Under the pieces are notes generated by a model, which saw only the letters and a program-made list of their open reading frames with translations, was not told the DNA's origin and searched no databases. 64,000 nt of DNA from Macrostomum lignano. Lineage: Eukaryota. Within the stretch, counting starts at the first letter, position 1; each line of letters starts with the position of its first letter. Of the stretch, positions 57,701-64,000 are shown one piece after another. The stretch lies in assembly GCA_002269645.1 (NCBI GenBank), contig NIVC01000890.1:248001-312000 (forward strand), given 5' to 3'. Both the position numbers and the translations under genes were made by a program.

Positions 57701-60700
57701 GTGGCTGCAGGCTGCTGCTGTGACGGCTGCAGCTTGTCGAAGTTACGCTTCAAGTCCTCGGCGAATGAGCGAGGAATCTACAAGTATGAGCGAGTTCATA
57801 TGAGTGAGTTCATGAAGGAGTTCATGAGTGAGTTCATGAGTGAGTTCATGAGTGAGTTCATGAGTGAGTTCATGAGTGAGTTCATGAGTGAGTTCATGAG
57901 TGAGTTCATGAGTGAGTTTATGAGTGAGTTCATGATTAAGTTCATGAATGAGTAGTTCAATATACACTTTATTTAAGAAGCAATTCGATGCAATCAATGG
58001 CAGTCTGCTCACCAAGCAGATGGTGTCGCAGTTCTCAATCAGGAAGGCAGTCAGTCTATTGATGCCTGAAATTTTCTTCTGCAGATTCACCGCGTCTACC
58101 TGTGGTGTCAGTGAGGTGTTGGGGCTTGTTGGAAACAGTAAAATATTATTAGCATAGAAAAGCATTGAGAAATATTATAGGAAGAAAGGGATAGGGATTA
58201 GAGGGAGAGGGGGAGATGAACAGGTAAGCGGAGTAAAGGATAGAGAGGGAGAGCCAGTGGTAGAGGGGAAGGAGTGGGAAAGATAAAAAAGGGGAATTGG
58301 GAGAGGGTAAGAACAAAGAGAGGGAGTTGGAGAGGGGAGGCAAAGAGATGCACAGGGAGAGGAAGAGGGGAGGGTGAGAGACGGAAAGAGGGAAGGGGAG
58401 GGTGAGAGAGAGGGGGAGGGGAGGGTGAGAGAGAGGGAGAGGGGAGGGTGAGAGACGGAGAGAGGAAGAGGGGAGGGTGAGAGAGGGGGAGGGGAGGGTG
58501 AGAGAGGGGGAGGGGAGGGTGAGAGAGAGGGGGAGGGGAGGGTGAGAGAGAGGGAGAGGGGAGGGTGAGAGACGGAGAGAGGGAGAGGGGAGGGTGAGAG
58601 AGGGAGAGGGGAGGGTGAGAGAGGGAGAGGGGAGGGTGAGAGAGAAGGAGAGGGGAGGGAGCGGTCGCACAGGGAGTGGCAGCAGCCACAGCAGAGCAGT
58701 GTCTCCTATCCGCAGCAAGCAGGTCAGATGCAGCAGCCCAGACTCACCACCTTGCCGCAGCAGAACAGCACTGGCCCGAACACGGTGCCCAGGCTCGCCG
58801 ATGTCATCTTCGTTATGGCCTCGGCGTCCGCCACGGTGCGCAGGAACTTCAGCACGGCGATCAGGACTGACCTTGAAGAGTCCGGCAACAGCTGAGCGAG
58901 CAGACGGGCTGCCCGGAGCTGGCGAGCTGCCAGGAGGCGGCTGTCGAGTTCGGACCGGCGAACTGGCTGGCCGCGATCGTCCAGGCGGGGCTCGGCGAGG
59001 TCTGCGATTGGCGGTATTAAACTACTGTGAGTAGCGTGCAGAGGATAGTTGGTCTACAGTTTAAAGTTTTTGTCACAGTCCGACTGAGCCCTCTTGATGC
59101 AGAAACCGATGGCTGCTGGCCTATCACAGTATGGGGAATTGGAGCTCAACTCCATTGACTGTCCCTCTCCTCTCTATCCCTCTTCCTCTCCCTCTCTCTC
59201 TCCCTCTCCCTCTCCCTCTCACTCTCTCTCTCTCCCTCTCCATTTCCTACCCTCTCCCTCTCTTTCTAACTCCACTACCCTCTCTCTTTCCCCCCTCTTC
59301 GCCTCTCTCTCCTTCCCTCTCACTCTCCCCCTCTCTCCCTCTCTCCCTCTCACTCTCCCTCTCCTTCTACCTCTACTACCTTCTATCACTCATCTTCTTC
59401 TCTCCCCTCTCCCTCTTCGAGTTCCACTCTACTCTACCTCTCACTCACTACCTCTCTACCTCTCACTCTCCCTCCCCTTCTACCTCTACTACCTTCTATC
59501 ACTCATCTTCTTCTCTCCCCTCTCCCTCTTCGAGTTCCACTCTACTCTACCTCTCACTCACTCCCTCTCTACCTCTCACTCTCCCTCCCCTTCTACCTCT
59601 ACTACCATCTATCACTCTCCTCTCTCTCTCTGCCCCTCTCTCCCCCTCTCCTTCTCTGTCTCGCACAGCCAAAAGCCACCATCGAGACTCACCCGCAATG
59701 GCCACGAGGATTTCCAGCTGACTGGACTCGGCTATTAACGGCTCGTCCAGACTCCTCAATACGTGCTTCATCACACTGGCCACGTCGTGAACAGTGAAGG
59801 CGCTGAGCTGCTGGTGCTCAGCTGAGCCGGCACCGGCGGGCCACCTGCTGTTCGTCAGAGACTGCAGCAGCTCTTTCTGACGGCCGCAGCTGCCGGTCTT
59901 GCGAAAAATTCCCTCAGTTTTGTAGCCTGTTTTGTTAAAAAGGAACGAAAAATGCCAGTTGAACTACTAGTAAACAGTAGCCAGAAAAATGCAGTTTCCC
60001 TACAGCAAACTAATTGGCGCCACTTTGCCAACTTCAGTTAGAAATTGGTGGCCGATTTCACCAGCTTAGTTGAAATCATAATGCAATTTTTCCTGCTCGT
60101 GGGGGGTCGCATCTCCGGCACTCCCCCCCCCGCGGAGGTCTTAGTTCTCTCGGTGCGCAATCAAGCGATGACGTCATCTAGACCCGACAGACCAATTTGT
60201 GCCATGACTATCTACTATACTTGTAGGTATGGGAAAGAACAAAAGCTGTGCAAGCAGTGTTGGCAGGGCATTCATTCATCAACGGCCGCTGTTTGTTTCA
60301 AACAGAATGGATAGAGGAGAAAGTTATAGGCAGCAATTCTAGACAATCCTTCATTCTACAGGTGTGTCACTCACAGGTGCGTCTCTGCAGCCAACCGAAA
60401 TTAAAGGGTAAAAAATTGCCTGTGGGTTTTTTATTTTTTTCCAAGAAAGCGAGATTTCTGTCAGACAATGCAACGCTAACGCTATGGCCCACCCTGTCTT
60501 TACCTTGAGGGTTTCAAAAAGGGCTCGTCCGAATCAGCTTTTAAAACCTTCTCAGACGACAAAGACTAAAACATCCTGAGGCGGTTTTGCTTAGCTAATC
60601 TCTAGTCTTTGTTTCAGTTTAGACGCATCGACGCTATTACTATAATACTATATGGCGGCTTACCGCAGTGAGTCTTTGTTTGATGGGGCAGGGGCAGCCA

Positions 60701-62824
60701 CGCCCCAATGCGATTAATCATTGCTGCTCAAGACCGGGTCACACGCGGGGGGGTGGGGTTGAGGACTCACTCTACCAGGTCCCCTCCGAGCCAATTTGCT
60801 CTGAAATTAACTCCTGTTTAATCCACTCTTCATTTGGCAGCTTTGCAATTAGTAGAGCTATTATTACGAGTATTCGTTTAAATGGTAAACGGTCAGGTTT
60901 AAAATTAATTGGGGCTTCTTTTAACAGGTTCATTGATTCCTTTCTGTTTTATTTACTCAACTTCCTCAGCTGTCTCTTCTTCTTGCGCCTACTAGACACT
61001 TTCCTGTACTCTTCAGTTTTATTCTCTCACTCTCACTCTCCCTCTCACTCTCACTCTCCCTCTCACTCTCCCTCTCACTCTCCCTCTCACTCTCACTCTC
61101 ACTCTCACTCTCCCTCTCACTCTCCCTCTCACTCCGCCTTAACTCCCTCTCACTCCCTCTCACTCCCTCTCACTCTTTCTCTCTCTCTCACACACTCTCA
61201 CTCACTCTCCTCTCACTCTCACTCTCCCTCTCACTCTCACTCTCCCTCTCACTCTCACTCTCCCTCTCACTCTCACTCTCCCTCTCACTCTCACTCTCCC
61301 TCTCACTCTCACTCCCCCTCTCACTCTCACTCTCCCTCTCACTCTCACTCTCCCTCTCACTCTCACTCTCCCTCTCACTCTCCCTCTCACTCTCACTCTC
61401 CCTCTCACTCTCCCTCTCACTCTCACTCCCCCTCTCCCTCTTACTCTCCCTCTCACTTTCACTCTCCCTCTCACTCTCCCTCTCACTCTCACTCTCACTC
61501 TCCCTCTCACTCTCTCTCACACACTCTCTCACTCACTCTCCCTCTCACTCTCACTCTCCCTCTCACTCTCACTCTCACTCTCCCTCTCTCTCACTCTCTC
61601 TCTTTCTCAATCTCACTCTCACTCTCCCTCTCTCTCCCCTCCACCTCTCCCTCTCCCTCTACCTCTCCCTCTCTCTCTCTCTCTCTCTCTCAAACCCCAG
61701 CACCCAGGCCCCAGGTACTCACGGTCGGACTCCAGCAGGTAGTCAATCAGCCGCAGCAGCAGTCTCCGCTGCCTCTCAGCTGGAGTCGCAGCCTCTAGAC
61801 CAGCAGTCTCTGCGGCAGTACTGACAACAGCCTTTCTGCGCGACATCACGGCTGCAAACAGAAGATGAAGCGAATGGGTGTTCAATTGATAAAAAATCAT
61901 TAAATCGAGCCCCGGCAACTGAACATGAAACCCCATGAGTTCGGGTCTATATACTTGAGAACGCGCTGTGATTCATTTTTTTCGTTCCATTTTCTACTCT
62001 CATTTCAACGGATACGAAGCTGACTTGATGACGCAAACCGAGAGAGAAAAAAATCGATTAAATTTTAAATTATAGTCGCGACAAGAAGAAGGTTTTTATT
62101 AAAGTCTAAGTAGAGAGAAAGTCCGGCCAAGGTGGGAGAATCTTGTCTCACTTAAGCCTCGCCATTCTAATATTAAAGCACTAGATGCATACTGAAGTGC
62201 CCGCTTCGCCGATTGTATCAAAGCCTGTAATTTTTGGATTCGGCTCTGACCTCGAGAAATTTGACTGCCTAGCAACTAATCCAGGGAAGTCCCCGGCAAT
62301 TTTTTCGGTTGTACAGTTTAACTGTCTTATCGACTTTCCAATTGGTTTGGCTTATACTAAGGATTAAGGATTAACAGAATGTCGCTAACTGTGTTCCAGG
62401 GGTCATCGACCTCCCTTATCCTTCTATAGCAGAGGTCATTGACCCTCGCCAGCAACTCACAGTTCCTGATGGGCCCGATGACCAGGCGCGGCAGGTGCAG
62501 TCGCCGACTTCGCTGCCGGGCGACGCTAATCTGCATCGCCCCCCGTCTGGAGCCGCAGGCGGAGGCTGCACTACTCGTCGACTCTGCCGGCGCCTCGAAG
62601 TGCGGCATCTCCACCAGGAAGGCCAGGTGCAGCCGGACCAGCTCGGCAAACTTGGCTGGATGCTGACAGCGAAACTGACCGGCCAAATCCGCCAGCTGAC
62701 GGTCTCTGGCGCCAGGGACGGCGCCTGGGTCCAGCGCGTTTGTCAGGCGCCCACAGTAGTCCATGACACCGAGCTCGTCAGCTGCAGCTGTGGGCTGCAA
62801 ATGCCGAGTGTGTTGGGGGGACAT
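54766..62824 (-). CDS. ARHGAP19: ARHGAP19-like Rho GTPase-activating protein, 7 exons, ~653 aa
   Basis: Phase-consistent exons 62824-62461, 61851-61723, 59926-59693, 59001-58748, 58099-57968, 57777-57334 and 55170-54766. Arginine finger EGIFRKTG..RQ; HDVAS.MK..L..L.EPL; KMT...LG.VFGP. ARHGAP19-like segments P.KFAELV..HL..L.E.P, IADL..DD.G and NLQ.KI..IN....FLI. Confidence 0.88.
55436..57300. repeat. 37-bp minisatellite (CTACTGAATGACTGCGGCACATCAAAGGATTGACAAT)n, ~50 copies, RhoGAP intron 6
   Basis: Directly visible; reaches within ~35 bp of the splice donor. Confidence 0.96.
57787..57955. repeat. 12-bp repeat (GAGTGAGTTCAT)n filling RhoGAP intron 5
   Basis: ~12 copies. Confidence 0.93.
58195..58660. 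repeat. GA-rich repeat, RhoGAP intron 4
   Basis: GAGAGGGGAGGGTGA-type degenerate units. Confidence 0.9.
59160..59660. repeat. CT-rich repeat, RhoGAP intron 3
   Basis: Low complexity with an internal ~120-bp duplication. Confidence 0.88.
61020..61690. repeat. (CTCACT/CTCCCT)n hexamer-based repeat, RhoGAP intron 2
   Basis: Directly visible. Confidence 0.92.
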
Positions 62825-62873
62825 CAAGGGTGTGCTTTTAATACTTCTGGGATCGTTCTTAATATCTTATTCT

Positions 62874-63095
62874 GATGGGATCTTGACCCACTAGGATTGG
62901 GATCTTGACCCTCTTTGATTGGAATCTTGACCCACTAGGATTGGGATTTTGACCCACTAGGATTGGGATTTTGACCTACTAGGATTGGGATCTTGACCCA
63001 CTAGGATTGGGATCTTGACTCACTTTGATTGGGATCTTGACCTACTAGGATTGGGATCTTGACCCACTAGGATTGGGATCTTGACATACTAGAAT
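62874..63095. repeat. 22-bp minisatellite (TGGGATCTTGACCCACTAGGAT)n, ~10 copies, upstream of the RhoGAP start
   Basis: Directly visible. Confidence 0.92.
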
Positions 63096-63613
63096 CGGGA
63101 TTTTTATTTGACTCATTGAGTCCATTTTTCAAGACCTGCAAATAGAACGGAGCCTCTTGAACCTCGTGAATATAAAAGGCCTACCCGTGAAAGCCTACAA
63201 TATTCTTAATGTTGGCCTATCCATTTTGTTTACACTTTTACAGCTCTTTTAATGTCTTTTAATAGAGTCTTGCTAATTTCCTAATGATATTTCAAGTCTA
63301 CTAGAGATCTCGCTTGAAGTGGAGCTCAAAGACCAGTTAGAGTTGACTATCTTCTTTTATACTATATTTAACTTTTCACTTTTACGTTCTAACCACACTA
63401 ATAGTTTAGGTGCTAAAAGCCGCCGAAAGTTGAAGTTAAAATTGGCCCGAAATTCTGGAGTTCAACTCCCATTCAAGCGATGAGTTCGTCTTTGTCCCGG
63501 CAGCAGACCGAGGGGCATGGGTTTTCGGGAGGGGGCGCTGGGCTTAAAAAGGCTTTGAAATTTATTGACAACAGATGAGATGGGAACCAGGCATTCGTCC
63601 GGGGGGGATTGCG

Positions 63614-64000
63614 CTAGATTCTGAAGTGGACTGCCTGTTGTCTAAGAACAAAGACTACATATTGGCGCGGCGCTATATGCAGAGGCTTAGTACAAAGACT
63701 ATAGCGCAATGCCGAGGACAGGAAGATGTTTTTCTGCTGATAACGGCTGGTCCTTATGCGGAGCTGCAGCAACCCAGCAGCTGTCTGTCTTTCATCAAAG
63801 TCAGCGAATCCTCTGCCCCCCTGCCGGGGGAGGGGTTTCCTGTCCGCCTGTCTGTCTTTTAGAAGATTCGTGTTCCCCACCCTTACCACCTACATGCATC
63901 TATCATATATATCCATAGGTTTTTATTACCCAGCAGCCATTGTCACTTACCGGTATCAGCTGATTAAGTGGGCCCAGCTGCTGCCGCTGCTGCTGCTGCT
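63614..64000 (-). CDS. Probable last two exons of an unidentified minus-strand gene entering from the right edge
   Basis: Canonical donor CCG|GTAAGT at 63951/63950 (QQQQRQQLGPLNQLIP, phase 0); in-frame acceptor at 63847; exon 63847-63614 (ADRKP...FDERQTAAGLLQL...*); AATAAA on the minus strand at 63561-63566. Confidence 0.45.

Noticed and set aside
6887-61798. Long ORFs over repeats (6887-7334, 9018-9518, 11998-12696, 43768-44682, 58149-58718, 59094-59738, 60668-61798)
   Set aside because: They are translations of minisatellite or CT/GA tracts that lack stop codons, mostly inside introns.
63575-63862. Plus-strand 95-aa ORF as a gene
   Set aside because: The minus-strand model has a canonical donor, an in-phase acceptor and a downstream AATAAA, so it is preferred. 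The plus-strand reading is not excluded without RNA data.

Overview
Eukaryotic (metazoan) genomic DNA with spliceosomal GT-AG introns. GC-rich exons, AT-rich spacers and minisatellite-filled introns suggest a Macrostomum-type flatworm, but this is inference and unverified. Hand-spliced protein genes: an SLC25A33/36-type mitochondrial carrier (-, runs off the left edge), head-to-head with a 6-exon class I SAM methyltransferase (+); RPL13 (-); an unassigned coiled-coil gene (+); misato/MSTO1 (+); an intronless TTLL7-like tubulin ligase (+) with a long DDxPVG-repeat N-terminus and altered active-site motifs; an ARHGAP19-like RhoGAP (-, 7 exons); and the probable 3' end of another minus-strand gene. 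The 14-39 kb interval is a transposon cluster. It holds a P-transposase remnant, three-level nested MITEs, and a split Mutator-like element whose ends enclose an old gag-protease Ty3/Gypsy relic (itself interrupted by a hAT element) and a young 9-kb Ty3/Gypsy element with near-identical LTRs and a duplicated tRNA-Leu PBS. Best leads: (1) a Mutator-like element (9-bp TSD) carrying a copy of an exon of the neighbouring gene, Pack-MULE-like in an animal; (2) the divergent TTLL7 paralog; (3) the double-PBS LTR; (4) splice acceptors just upstream of several start codons, suggesting SL trans-splicing or an operon. All alignments and counts were made by eye and family assignments are from recalled motifs; no searches were run.
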